Assembly: GCA_030248215.1 (NCBI GenBank)
Contig: JASANG010003338.1
Span: forward strand, 124,001-188,000
DNA: 64,000 nucleotides
From: Enoplolaimus lenunculus
Lineage: Eukaryota
Direction: 5' to 3'
In this document: one piece after another, positions 1 through 15,000 of the stretch
How the letters are laid out: each line of letters starts with the position of its first letter
Numbering within the stretch: the first letter of the stretch is position 1
Notes under the pieces: generated by a model
The model's database searches: none
The model's input: only the letters and a program-made list of their open reading frames with translations
What the model was told of the DNA's origin: nothing
Translations under genes and position numbers: made by a program

Positions 1-35
1 ACTGTAACACATAAGACCTCAACCTTCTGTTATAG

Positions 36-3000
36 TTTTCAACACCGACTTCTGGTAGCTACGTAACTACGCGTTTTTTGCTCAACCTATCAAACGTCAC
101 ATTAGAGTGCTTCGAGGATTCCAGTGACCCGCGACGCGAGCATAATTCAAATCGAAACGTTGAACAATTGATTATACGGGCGTGGTTTGGCCAAGGCCGC
201 ATCTGCGTTGACAGCATGTCAGACGGCAGTAAAAATTTGGATTTAACATCGGAGGAGATGACGTTGGTTGATACGCGTTATGAAGGTTATTATGTTTTTC
301 GGTGTTTTGTTAGCTGAAATTATGGATTTTGTTGAAAGTATTGTTATTTTTATCTGAGAGTGGTCCGATTTCTCGGACTTAAGAATCGGACTGCAGAAGA
401 GATTACAAGAATCCTGATTTCAGAAGAAGGTTTAATTTCGTTGACATCGTAAATGTTTTCCTCAATCGCTCTAACGGCGTTTTCAACTTCCGTGGTGTGA
501 AAGCCATCAAAGCACTGCTTATTGTAAATGAGTTTTGGATCATCTGCGCTATTCGTCTGAACGTCAATATGAACGTCAGATTGGTCTCGATTTCCGTTAT
601 ATACATATAGGAGCATTGCATAATATATCCGCTGAGGCAGAGTGTAACCGAATTCATGATTTTTGACCGAATCCGAATCCATTGCTAATTTGCTGAATCC
701 GAATCCGAACCTTTGTTGCCACTTTGCGCAAAGGATAATATAAATAGCACGGACGCAAAGACCATGGAACCGGACTAAAAAATTTTTTGGACGCAGGATG
801 GACTCGGGTTCGATTTTGAAAAAATACCCTGTTGCAGAAGAGATAACAGATTAATATAACTGCACCAGAACAATTCTGTTGTTGCAGCTCACGCGAATAG
901 TATTGTTTTGGTTGGAAATAGTTTTTGTATTTTTACAGATTTGGCTGTTAACAAACGTCCTTCCGCGTACCCAGTGATAGTTCAACATAGGCCAGATTAC
1001 AGCGTATCACCAGGTCATTTGCAAGTAGGTATTTTCAATTTTTAACACGCAAAACGAGTTCTGGATGAGATGTTATTATATGTATTGAAACAATGGATTT
1101 ATGTGCAATGGTGACACCTGCATCTGCTTTATTTGTACAGAACAATGTTGCACAGTGCATACATAACAATACGTACATTTTGATTGAATGTAAGATTTAA
1201 ATATGCATAACGTGGGCGAGTGGTCTGTGTCTTCACAACTTGCTGGGAATTATTGTTTGGCCTATGTGTTTTTTTCAGACTGAAGTGCATCTACACATTT
1301 CTCCTCTTAAAATGCGTTTGACTGTTTTGCTCTCAAACGTTCGTTTGATTATAATCGATGATTGGCTGTTACTTTCGCGTGGTTTCATTTTGACCGATCC
1401 GCTGCCAAAGACGGAACGAAGTATGCGCCTTATTTATTACTGAAATCATGAATTTTTTATTGTTTTTATGAACTTTTTGGTTGTGTTAAATTATCTACAG
1501 TTGAAAAAGTTGTGGAAAAATTACAACCTTGTACAGTTTATTTTTGTGTCTATTTACTAGCAGTTTCATTGATCCTCTGTGTACAAATATTGTCACATTT
1601 CAATGATGAAACTATTTTAAACAACTTTTGGTTCCCTTATGAATTTGAAGTTATTTTTGATAGGCAAGTACTTTTAGCAATGCCAAAAAACAGAACAAAT
1701 TCTACTTCAAGCTCAACTGGAATTTTGACAAAGTTACCGAATGCTTCGAAATCACACCGTGACTTGTGGCGCAGTCATAGTAGTCGAGCAGCTGATATTC
1801 CATTGGATTCTGTAGAAAATGGATCACTCGATACTAAAATTAATTTAATTGAATCAGAACTTGTTTTGCTCGAAGACTATTCTGCGTTGAATAGTTTGGC
1901 GTTTTTGATCAAAGTAAGTTTTCAATATGGATATACATATCTTCATTTTTTTTTCAATTTTTAGTGTAAGCGAAAATTGTTTGAAAATTTGGTGAGGTTT
2001 GCGAAAAATCGTTTGGATATGCGCGGAGTTTTTCGCAAGTGTTTCTTTGTAAATATAACAAAGTGTGTAAATATAACAAAAGTGTTCATGGCAAAAGTAA
2101 ACCACAGTGAGTTTTAGATCTAATTCAATGTGTGCAAGTTTGTGCAAAAATTAAACTGAGTATGGTTTCCTTCATATTTTTCATATTGCTGGATACACAT
2201 AGTTGGTCTGAAACAATGATTTTGATTGTAAGGATTAAATCAACTATAGACATTAATATAAACTTTCGCGTCTGTTATCTTTTGCTCGAGTTCAGATTTG
2301 CCAGAAGGCGTGTTCGTATATAGAAAATGAATAGGTGGCCATCGCCAATCGTATTTGGGTTTCAGTTTAAGCAGTTAATAACGATTCTTTTTGTTTTTAT
2401 AGACAACATGTGTAATACAACATAAAAGTAATGCGAAGGAAAATTTGCCTAGTCTTGGCAGCACAGTTCAAATGCTGCAGGTCGATGGTGGGGTGATGAG
2501 TGACTTAAACGGATCCAAGGTAATATCTCATTCGGCATATTTTATTAAAAATTGACGAGCTGCGGTAGCGAATTTGTCGGCCCTACGCTGTTATCTATTT
2601 TAATTTTCTCTGGCAAATGTTTTCAGAATTTTTTCAAACAATTTGAGGTCTGTGTACGGTAGTTTATACATTCTGTTTCTGTATGGGCTTGGCTAAAAAT
2701 CCGTCAAAAATAATAGCTCTTTCGGCATTTATTCGGCACTGTGTACCAGATTATCCAGTTTATTCTTTCATTTTAAAGTATTGTAGTTCTATTTTGGCGG
2801 TTTAGACGTCGATTTATGAAACGGATTGGTTGAAAATGTGTGTTTTCTGAAAAAGTTATTTCTGAGTATCCATTGCAATAGTATGCATAATTAAATAAAA
2901 TCGCGGCCAATATTGTTTGTTCTAGCAGTCGTGTATCAAGGTTGTACTGCTGCCTAACATTCATAATACCTTTACATTTAAAATTACGAGTGTTTATTAA

Positions 3001-6000
3001 AAATTGATCAATTTTTTGTTTCAGGTAACGCTTGTTGAACCGTTCTCTGGCACACTTGAAATCAGTCCAGAACTTAAACAAACAATTGTGTCGCCTAGAA
3101 AGCAAAAAGGGCTTAACGTGTTCACTCAAGCAGATTACGAGCATCGTTTAGAAATGTCGCTTGCCGATATATTGATTGGCGTGTCATATCGCGATTACGT
3201 TATTATTGCGACGATGTATGATTGTTTGCTCAAGCGGTATAATTTGATTCCAGGTTCGGATGCTAATGTAGCTGTATCCAGTGGTGCTGCTTGTACGTCA
3301 AAAAAGATAAAGGTATTTGTTACATGTCCATTTATTTGTAATGGTTCAAGTGGTTTCGATTGAATATTTGTTATTAACACTGATGTTGTCGTATCTGTTA
3401 AGAGTCGGCTTTATTTAGCTAGAAATATTGTAACTGACATTTCTCTAACCCGATCACCATTTGGCGGCGCCCGTATGGTTTAACTTGGAAGGATTTGATG
3501 AGTAATGGGCTTTTAAAAAATTTCCAAGACAAAAAAATTAGGTGTAGTAATCGAGAATTTTGCGCCAACTTTATTGTATTTTAACGAGATTTCCCGTACA
3601 TTTTTGCTGTTTTAAAGTTTAGAGTCGGCCCAAGTTCGTTTTAACTTTAAGTTTTTATAGGTATAATATCGAACTGGGCAGAATTTTCAAGTGGAGGGTG
3701 ATACCGAAGGATCGCTTTATCTAAAACTCTCTTAAAACAATTTTTCATGTACTTCAAGAAACTTGCATGAATATTTTGCACAATATAATTTTTCAAAAAG
3801 CTGCAATTTCCGCGCACACTAGTTACATACCATTTAGAATGACAAAATCCTGAAACAAATGTGGTAGCTGACAAACGTATGATAGGTTAATATACTAATT
3901 TATACTGCACATACCGGAATATTTCTAGTGAAAAAATACCGGATATATTGTAACCGAATAGTGAAAAATGCCGGATTTCATACCAGAACTGGAACCGGTT
4001 GCAACCTGCTGTTAATACTTACGTACGTCAGCAAACATTTGTGCATAAAAACCAAAGGTAGGCGTAACTAATAACCAGAGAAGTATAAAATTAAAAATGA
4101 AGCATTAGGGTAAAGTAGCAAGAATTAATGATAAATGTTCGAACCAGGACCCAGTATAATATACTAGATTTTTGTGATAATGGTCCACTCCATTGCATCA
4201 ACCTGTGGTAGGCCAAATGTTACGGGACTTTGCTGTGTGGTCCTAAACGACCCACTAGCAAGAGTACAGACTTTTGTTGTTTGATTACATGCATTTTCAC
4301 AGTCAACTAAGCTAACAAGACCCTCCCTTGGGACAGTTACCCAACCTTGGATCCAACAGGGGGTATAGCTACTCTTTTTAAATTACGGAAAATTGTCAAA
4401 GTGGCATTCCATTAGTTGTCTGTTTTTAGGACATTGAACAGACACAGAGTTTGTTGCACGAAAACTCATCGAGCGATATTTGGCGCATTGGTAAAGTTGA
4501 AGCCAAAATTGAATCATTCGCTGTGTGTTTTGTGAATGATTTGAACCAAATCAACAGTTTTCCAGTTGCCAAAGTTCAAATCTGTGACTTGTCGACTGAA
4601 CAACAGCCAGTTCCAAAGGTATCATGTAGTACATGTGTAATATCGGGCATTTTCAAATACATAAATCCTGCTGTAGTAACTTTTGCCTAAAGTACACGAG
4701 GCACTTGCGTCGTAGACCAAAATACACCACATCGGAAAAGGGCCTGTATACATAAATCGTTTGCTCTGTGTACTGAAAATATAAAATAATTGACAAGATT
4801 GTAACATCGGACCTTTAATCAGATCAACAACGTAATGTTAGCAGTGTTTTGGACTTTTATAGCGCGAACCTGTTTAAGAGTTTAGGTTTGTTTATGTACG
4901 CGGTCAGGTTACATCTTTTCCAAGTTTTATTCCTAAGACCAGAGTACATCGTCCGACCATATGATGTTTTGATGTCCAGTTTGTAGGTTTTGGTCAACCC
5001 AAATGATAGGTTTGTATATGTAATGAGGATAGTTTTGAACGTACGTGCGTATAAAGAGTCTGACCTTATTGGTTTTCAATTTTGCGAGTTTCCAATATTG
5101 ATATAGATATTGTGAAATTCTATCCATGTAATAAACCTCAACTGTTGCCCTTTTGTTTTTGCTTGCGGCAGTTTTTAAGAAATGTGTGTTGTGAATAGAT
5201 TAGAACGACTTTTACTGATAATTTTTCAAGAAATTCTAGACTGGAATCTTGCTGACATTACCTTTGCATTATCAACATTTATATATTTCGCATTTGAACG
5301 TGCAATACATCGTTGGAAACTTTTCGCAGCTGTATATTATTATACCTAGGATCGAACTTTTCCTAAACTCATTATGGTGCTTAAACTTACAAAGGAATAT
5401 GCTATAAACTTGTGTAGCGTGATAGTGGTAAAGCTCAGTCTGTTACTATGGGTCTGATATTTTTTGTGTACCCATTTAACCACAAGGCTAATACAATATA
5501 TACATTAAATAAGGCGGGCGTTATCGTTTAAATTGTAATTGAAGAGATTTGAATGCTTAGTTAGCAATACAAAATATTGGCGTAGGCGGTCCTACTCTGG
5601 AAACTCAGTCAACGACATTTTGCGACGCACTGAGCCGAGAGTACGACTGCAATTTTGGCTGTCTGTGCCGCACCAAAGGTCAGTTTTAAGTTTCGTGGAG
5701 GAAAAGTTTATCATCTAACTAAGCAAGAAAGCCCGCAGAAATGATAAAAAGTTGAAAACGCAATTATGGAAAACGAACTATTGTTAGCGCAGGATGGAAC
5801 GATTGTTTCAATTCAACGTAAACGTATGGATCCGTAATATGTACTTACAGCACCCCGTTAATAATTTTGAGCCATTTGTAACTTTTTATTCGTGGTTCTT
5901 TATCTGGCGAGTGGACTCGCTGTGATCAAGCAAAAATTGCTTGCTATTATATTGTTCTGGAGCGTAGCCAGGAAATTAGTCGTGAGGTTATAAACTCATG

Positions 6001-9000
6001 TAAATATATTTGACCTGCACCCAGAGCGTTATTCTAAATTTTGTTAAAATTATCCGCTCAATCCCGCCCCGTGTAGACATCCCTGATATTGTTGTATTTT
6101 ACAACAAAGGTCACTAACGATTGTTTGGAGTAACCACCGAATTTTGCTTGCAGTTTATTGTTATTCATTTGTGTTACAATTTATAGAGCGAAATCCATGA
6201 CGGGACATCGAATTTTACTCTCAATATTGACTACTATAACAGAAATCTTTCGGTATGGGAACCACTCCTTGAACCATGGCAGTGTACTATGGATTGGTCA
6301 ATATGCCATGCTGATCGCGGGCAGTATAACGTCAATCTTTTGTGTAAGTTTTCCTGATGAGTTCACTCAAATAAGTTGTTTAGTACAGCGGTTTCAGTAA
6401 GGAACACACTGTGTATCGTCTTTGATTGACGATGTTCGAAATTTGTTTACAAACGCTGTGCACATATTATTTCGCATGGTCTCATTTATACTTTATTGCT
6501 TGAGGATTTTTTATAAAACAATGAATTTAATATTTTTCAGCAAATAATGTAATGGATTTAAATTTAACGGTACCGTGCATCGAGCAGTTGTTATTAATTC
6601 AAAACTCGTGGCTGTCACAAAAGGAGCAACTGGCAGTGAACGATATAAGGTATATTTTTTGTAATTACTTGAGCTGCTAAAGGTCTGCTTTAACATTAAG
6701 AAAAAGGAAAATGGAATGGTTGCGTTTAAACTTCAAGCTTTGGAATTATCTCGACTTCTGTGTCTTTTTCCAACACTCAATCCCATTTCGAAACCGCCAG
6801 ATATCGCCTAATCTTGAACTGAGTCATAAGTTTGTAGCCCAAATGTTTACACCCTGAATTCGCTAGCCACGTGCGCCACACCAGTTTAAATTACTAGTGA
6901 TCCTCTTAATACTTACAATCTTCCGACCCGAAACTCCATAACTATTCTATTTTGACTATAGAAAAATTGTGTTTGAAATGCCGTGGAACTTCCATCTACG
7001 CCAAGTCCCATGTTAAACCCTATTAAACAAGTACTCATAACTGCGTTATTGTTCTTTGACAAAAGCCAAATGTAAGATTTAGGTCTTGCACTACGCGCCA
7101 AGACTATATTCCGTTTGTGATTAGTAACGATACCGGAAGCGAACTGTGGTTTCGTACTGATCCAAGCAAAAAAGTTCCCGATAGTTTGCCCGCTGCTGTC
7201 CGTCGTTCAGCTCAGAAATTAACGTTTGTTCCACCTGGCGAATCAGTGCCGTTTTCTTTCGATTATTTGTCTAGATCTCGAGTGCAGGTTGGTGTGAAGT
7301 ATATTATTTGAAACTTTGACATAGATCTTTCATGTGGTTGGTTTGGGTTATCGCAAATGTACGTATGTTAGTATAATATTTCCTAAAATCAATGTGGATG
7401 CAAGATTTGCAACACCAAAATCTCAAAGCATACGAGGTTGCGGCAGATCAATGTTCCTTTCACATTACCTATTTATGTGTTTTCACACGAATGTTCACAA
7501 AACAGTGTATATTTTATACTAGGACAGTGCTCAAAATATGCATGTTTGATGTTCCAGCTATAATAGTTTATTACTTTTCGTGGAGATCGCAATGCAGACA
7601 GTTTTAAGGTTATTGTAAATTAAGGTTGATGAACGCTCAGATTCGCACCAAATATGTATCAAAATTGCTGGATGGAACGAGACGACGCCAGTTGCAGTGG
7701 ATCGTGTGGGAACTTTTTTCAAACTGGTCAAAGTTAATGACGAACGGTCCTCTTTGGTTAGTCGAATTACATTTTTTATGAGGTATAATGTTTAGTTTTA
7801 TTGGTCCTGTGAGATTTGGTATAATGACGGCAGATCAGGGTTGGGATCAACGGGCTGGTCCCACCACTTTCTCTTGTCAGTAGAGATTCCGTAAAAAATT
7901 TGAGCCTTCATATTTAAAAATTTTGTATCCAGCATTTGAGGTCTGTTCTTTTATTATAGTAGTTATCTTACCGGTGTAATACAGAATTATTGTTTACTGT
8001 GGTTAACCAGTTTTTCGCATTTAAAACATAATGTGGTTTGGAAAAGAAGCCGAAATAATATGATTCAAGTATCGAGGAATGTTTTTCATTTTATTCGAAA
8101 ACACTGCTTGCTTGTTTAAATATCTCTTTTGATACATTTTGTTGCATTGCAACAAGCTTTTCGCTGTTGATGTTTTGTTTTGTATTCGCTGATTTTAGTC
8201 TTCCGTTATTTTAAGTCATCTACGTTGGCAACTCATACACGAATAGTTGTATCGGTGAGTCTTGATCAGTTTTCGCGCAAATTCATTCAAGTCAGATCAG
8301 GTCTGGTCATTGTCAACCGGTTGTCTCAACGAATTCAACTCAAGCTAGATAATACAGCGACTACGCTTTGTGGTAAGTTATTCGTCAAGAATTCCAAAGA
8401 GCGTAGGAAACTACTGAAAAAATATAAAAATAGCTCGGTGGGTTCCATCTACTTAACCATAAAAAATTGCACTTTAAAAGTTTTGAAGTAGAACCATTTC
8501 TGCATGCAGCATTCAAAGTAAAACGAATAGCTGTGAAAATGTTTATTTTATAGATACTTCGGAGCTTGTCATTAATCCGCATTCCGTGCAGCCCATTCCG
8601 TTACGCTACGTAATGGCGCGTATTTATATTCGACCAACTGTGATTGAACGGGATGCGCAGAAGTCGCAGGACACATCTCCAGTTGTTCATTATGACTATT
8701 GCAAAGAGCCGATCAATTGGCAGTTGGTTACTGCTGATATTGGAATGGTTAACGCTATTCGCAATTGTGCACCGTCTCGTCTTAAATCGGCAAATGATTA
8801 CCGGTAAGCAGTTTTGCAAGTTTTTCTACTCGTGCCAGGATCTGATATTGTTCAACAATTACACAAAGTCTAGGAACGCTTTCTCAACTGTACGTAGTAC
8901 GTATACCGGTCGATAAAATGTTTTTAAATAAGCTGTCAGCCACAGCAACAAATCTCACAACTTGCATGGAGGTAGGCCGAATCAAATTAGTGCAGTAAAC

Positions 9001-12000
9001 AGTTGTACTAAATTTTGAAGCTCGTCATACATTAATTCAACAGTTAATTTTCATTTTCAACTGTTTGCTATACACAAATTAAGAAAACGAGTACTAATCG
9101 CAGCGGTGTTGGAGTAAATTTTAGATAATGGTTTTTGAATTGAAATATTTTCGGAATATACCTACTGTTGCGTAGCGATATACGCTCCGTTTGTTTTAGA
9201 TTCTGCGTGAGTATCAAAAAAGAGTTGTACCCTGAATACGCGGGTAATTTGCTTCCGGGCCACACCATTACGTTGCTACCACCGTTGATCATACACAATT
9301 TGCTTCCTGTTGAACTTCATTTCGCAATTCCTTCTATTCGGGTTGTCGATAGAATTGGACCTGGTGCTAACAAGTCAATTTACGTTGTTAGTGCTTTGAA
9401 TGTTTTGATTTAATGATTGCTTTCGATGCAGTTTATTTTGTGCGAGTTATCTGACTCCAAAAGTTCGTTGGAAGCTGTCGTATAAGAATGCCAGTTTATA
9501 GGCTTTTACTAACATAGGATTGGAATTCAATGACTATTGCTGTAACACCAAACTTATTATTTTGTACAATTTCTAGAATTGCTTTGTGAACCTACAATCA
9601 ATGCGGATATTGTGTTTGATCTTATTTCAGGTGAACTTAGCGGAGTCTTTCGAAATTAGTGTGATGTCAGAAAATTTTAAAGCAATGAGACCAATAAACG
9701 TTAGTTCGGGTATTTCGCACGAAACAACGGGTATTATAACGTTTATTGATGGTCAGCGTCGCTCGTTATTGATAAATTATCGAATTTCGCCAATACGAGG
9801 CGGTGGATACAAGGTATGAGTTTAAAAACATGTCCTAGGGTAGGGGTATAGCTAATTACTCAAAGTCTAAGAAATTACGGGTACGTTGAAGAATTACTAT
9901 CAGTTTTGCTCACTGTAGGCCACGGTATTGATCATAGTTTAAGACCCGAGAAGGTCAAATTTTTAGCAATTTAGCAAACTTAGCATGCAAGTCATCGAAT
10001 TAAGCTGCATATTCTTTAGAAACAGCGCTTAATTATCCTGCGTAGCGTTAGCGGTTTGCTACTCAATGATCAGTATGGGTTGAAAGTTTAGAGCATAAAA
10101 AATTTAAGCTTTAGTAAGATTTTGTATTTAGTGATAAAAGACATAATTTTTTTACTTTCACATAAAGGCCATTAACTTCAAAACTGTGTGTTTTAACCTG
10201 CTTATACAAGATGCTCGGTTATTGGTTCATCTTTTTAGAGCGCACTATAAGCAATCAAAATGTTGACTTGAGTTTTGTTTAGATCGAACATTCCCACTCT
10301 AAATTATGTATCTTAGATTGCAAAATTAGGACAATTCGTTGAGCTTCAACTCACGTAGGCGCAGTGCCGAAATGTTAGCAGTACTTTGTCTTGTATTGCA
10401 TACTTTTGTCTAATTCGTTTGTGAGATGTTGTGGCGAATTTGAAACTAAACTGGCAAAAATTCAAGACCTATGTTTGAGAAATGTTTAGAATTTTACCTC
10501 TGTGATATCAGATATATATGTCTCAAGTTTCAGACATTGTTCCTTATGCAAAATCAGTTTTGTGTTTACAGCGCGAAAACGCATCTATCACTCTAAAGTT
10601 TGTTTTTAGCTGTATATATTGGTTACCTAGGGTGACTACAGATTTGACTTTCAGTCAAATAGCTTTTTAAATAAAATAATTATAATTTTGAATGTCTGGG
10701 GAAGCACTTGTTGTAACTGTGCTAATATCAGGGTACACTCAAAGGTCTGCATTCATACGTTTGGTCCGATGGTAACTGGGTCTCGCACCCTTCCGTCCAC
10801 ACGCTTATACCGGGTTTTACTTCTTTTGCTGGTAGCACTTGTCAATAAACCTAAACAAGTTCAGGTTCCTTGAAATAAAACGAAAAATTAAAGCCAAAAC
10901 CTTGACAGAAACTATAATCTACTAAAACAAAAAAAAAAACCATTTCTGACAACTAAAATTATACTGCAGAAACAGAGATCACAATTAGTGCGCAATACGT
11001 TTACAAAAACAACTGAAATCAAAAGGAGTTTTGTAATTGCACTGAGAGGAAAGCAGAAAGCACAGTGTTGCGACACATGTGTACTGATGCATACGTACAT
11101 ATAAACGGTTACGGATTTAAATAATCACATAATGAATCATTTTACATGCTTCTGAGTCGAAGAACTGTTCTTTGGCTTGATGACCGTTGACAGTATTCAG
11201 GTTAACGATTCAGGGCTATCTAAAATAGGGGTATATATGAAAATTTTTCACGTGAGACGGTATCATTTCGTTTTACCATTTTTTGTTGTACATCAATGGT
11301 GCAATTGCTCTCTTAAACCCCCTCACCCCGCAATATGAAAAACCATTGAATAGATTTGAAACTTTGATTTGAATACCTGTGTTGAAAATGCATTGAAACT
11401 TGGATTTTACGCATATAAATGTTTGCTTAATTACAATAAGAAACAATAATGAAAGTTTTACTCAACAAGCTATTGAAAATTAAACAATTTAGGTTTTGGC
11501 TCATAAACGTTGACTCTACAAATGGCCGCGTGTCAGTTTTTGACTAGCCATTTTTTGCTATGCACGCTCATGTAAACTTGATACGTACTACAGGGTTAAA
11601 ACTTAACAAATACGTGGTTATTGTTAGAATAGCAGATAAACACGACCACAATCGTATTAGTGCGTGGCCGCGGTTCAAATTGCGACTACGATCGCGTCTC
11701 AAACCGCGTTTGAACGGCCATCACTCAAAAACTCAGACGCGGTTACAAAACCGCAACCGCTGTGGACGCAGTCGCGGTTAACTTTCGTAAAAATTTCGAA
11801 AACTTATTTTAGGTGTTTATTTCATGTCCGTTTTGGATTGTTAACAAATCTGGCATTCCACTGATTGTTAAACAAGAGGTGAGTTTGATTTCGCCGAAAA
11901 GCGTGGAAGATGTTCAAAAGTAGGTAAGGTAAATTAAAAGTAACAATCGCTCATCCTAAGATGGTTTTGAACATTGCTGGAATTTACCATTTAAACCTTA

Positions 12001-15000
12001 TCGCTCAATTTAATTTACTTGTGATGTTTTCAATTTACTGTTATTTGACTGAGCTGTTTTAAAAACCGTCCCATTATGTCTTACTTGCTTTCCTTCTCAA
12101 TTTTATGGACCGGAAATTTCTGTTCTGAAACAAACGTTGTCGTTGTTTTAGGGAGCGGTCGATGAAGCTGCTGGCCAGTTTGAAGAGCATGAAACCGCAC
12201 GATCGATGATACCAGTTATGTTTTCGTTTGCTGACGAAGATGCACCTAGGCAGTAAGTTGAATATAATAAATCGCACGACTAGAAGGTTATTTCAATTAA
12301 AAATGCCTATATAATAATATACTGACCAGAAGTCTCAATGAAACAGTTGATATGTTTGACTGAAAGTAAAGTTGTGTGATGTCGAGGAGCTTTGGAGACA
12401 TGTGGTTAAACGTGTAGCCTTTACCTTTGCTTATTAATGCGAAATTTTTACATGATAAGATTACTTTGCATTCAGTTTAACCAATCACCAGCATATTATG
12501 TTTGAGTCGACTGAGGTTACGTAGTTCAAATATGCACTTTCTTCGCTGTGTAGTTATTAACAACACTATTGGTACTTTTTGTTTTAGGTGTTTGGTTAGA
12601 CTTGGTCGCAACGCAATTCCAGGTTGCACAATGCATTTCTGCAAACGATTTATTCTCGAACCAGGGGTCACAGAGCGTCAATTGTATGCCGAAGACACTA
12701 ATGATCGTTCATTACCGCCACAGTAGGTGTTTTTGTGAGTTTTCAAGTCGTCCGCATCTGCGTAACCATATGTGATTTGATAGGTTGAACTGAGTTATGA
12801 ACCAAACCTAAAGCACAAAGACGGTAGAAAAAATACGTAATCCGCAGCTTGTGCGAGGTGTCAAAATTGCAACAATATTTACAATGCAAAATCTTTTGGT
12901 ATTTAGGTATCAGCAGAACTTATAGCAGTTTAGATTTAATGCATTACGCGTGAAATAAAAACATAACTTTGATAAGTTTTACGGCGCTACCGGGTATCGA
13001 AATTTCGGATACCGGAACCGGAGCTGGATAGTAGCGTTTCTACCCGCATCAGATGGGAACCGGATAGTACATCAAAATTTTGATACGTCAATCATACAGT
13101 TAAACAATTTATTACTTTTTATTTACAAGCCAAGCTTTGTTTTAAATATATTAAATGTTACGTTCAAATTTACTAGGGTTACTATTTTTTGATCAATATC
13201 GGACCTTATCATTGCTAATTGTCACTCCTTTAACTTCATATTGCACAAATTGCATTGAATACTGAATACATAACAAGTTTAAAATGCACAATCAGGAAAG
13301 TGCCGAAAATTTTGTAAATAGATTTTTGTTATTGTATTACAGTTTTATTATTGTATTGCAGTGTCTACAATATTGGGATCGAAACCCGATCGTGTCAAAG
13401 CATATATAGGGAGTGTCAAGTGGTGATCTCCACTCCAAGCTACCAACTAGACAACTGTTCGCAGTACAAGTTATTCGTATCGCAGCTTTACAACGTCAAA
13501 GTATGTGTAAGCTGTTTCTTTTTAACGGCTAGGTTAACAGATGAAATAATAATTAAATATTTTTATACTCATAGACAGATTTTAAGTGCGCATTACTCGC
13601 GGATGTGTCTTTGTTGCGTTCGGTTTTTATCAAATCGCGAGAAGTTTAATTCCCGGTTAAAAGATCGCGCTTAGTTTTGTCTTTAACTTTACTTTTATGT
13701 TGTTACTCACAGGGTTGATTATGACTCTGGTGTCTGAACTTCGACGTTTTCGGTTACGTGTCTTTTTTGCCAACGGTATTCCAAGTACCTTGTATTGAGA
13801 CAAGCAAAAAACCTAAAAACATTAAAATTAAAAATTCCGGTTGCAACTCTGGGTATTTGTTATTATTTACTATAATTATTTAAAATCTAGGCATATCTAG
13901 GTACACAATAATGTAATGTAGTAGTGATGAAATTAGACAGCGTGATAGTTCGCGCCCGTAGCGCACAGAATGCATAAGGTTACATTTTAACACATGCTTA
14001 CCTTTACAATTAATTAATTAATAACAATCTATAGGGATCTCCCAACCGGCAGTTTACAATTGCTCCGTGTTGCTCAATGCCTTGGCACTGGCCACGACAA
14101 GATCGCGATCTGTTGTTGTGCATTCGCCGTGCGGATGTAACTCATTGGTCTCGGGGATTTCAGAGTGACCGACTCAGTTCTTTTCATCTTACTTTACGGT
14201 AAAACCAGTCTAACAAAAGCTGATTTTTTCCGTGTTAGTTGTACTTAAAGAATAAATGTTTAGAGATCATTTTTCAATAATGAAAACTAGGCAACCATTA
14301 CTTATTTTTATTTAATACAATGATTTAAGATATGACGCATTATATTGGTCAGGTCAACAAATTAAATATTGATTAAGCCGAGGTTTGAAATACAATTTAT
14401 TCCTGCAGTTAAAATCGGTGAGGGTCGCAGATTGCAATGCAATGGCGATTGTACTTCGGTCTATCTTTCACTGTAATATCAATATCCGTTAAGACCTCAA
14501 TGGTTGATGCTTTTGTCTTATAATAGTTAAAGCGGAAAAAACCAAACCCATAATACGTTTTATTATCATGCTAGAAGGATAATTGCAGTAAATTAACGTT
14601 TAATAATAATTTATAAAAAATAAATATGAATAATTAACCCATCAACTGGTTTAGAATTAATTTACGTGTGTATTGTACCACGGAAGTGAAATACTACATC
14701 ATGCTATGATTTACAGGAACCTGCAGATCTGTGACAGGATTGGAAATATCTATAAATGGTCATTATGTACGTCTGTGGCAGTTGTAATTTCAGGTTCCCG
14801 TGCTTTATAATCAAAGAGGTCTTTCAGACAGTCACCTCAAGGTCATTATTCGGGCTAGAAGTTCAGGTATGAATTTTTATTCAAAATGAAGAAGTTCAGC
14901 TATCGATTTTTAATCAAAATCACAGTATGGAAGCACTCTATTGTACATTTTAAAAAATAGAATGTATTGTACAGTTTCATCAGCATTGAAACATCTGCAT

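Noticed and set aside
4168..4363. UBA-like reading VLNDPLARVQ..W with an in-frame TGA (read-through or selenocysteine idea)
   Set aside because: No (M/L)GF motif, and the apparent donor belongs to a GGGGTATAGCTA repeat also seen at ~9843; most likely chance.
14409..14570. Minus-strand frame (FFRFNYYKTKASTIEVLTDID) as an inverted copy of the missing VPS13D exon
   Set aside because: Only scattered identities, no PPxxRIDN motif and the wrong splice phase.
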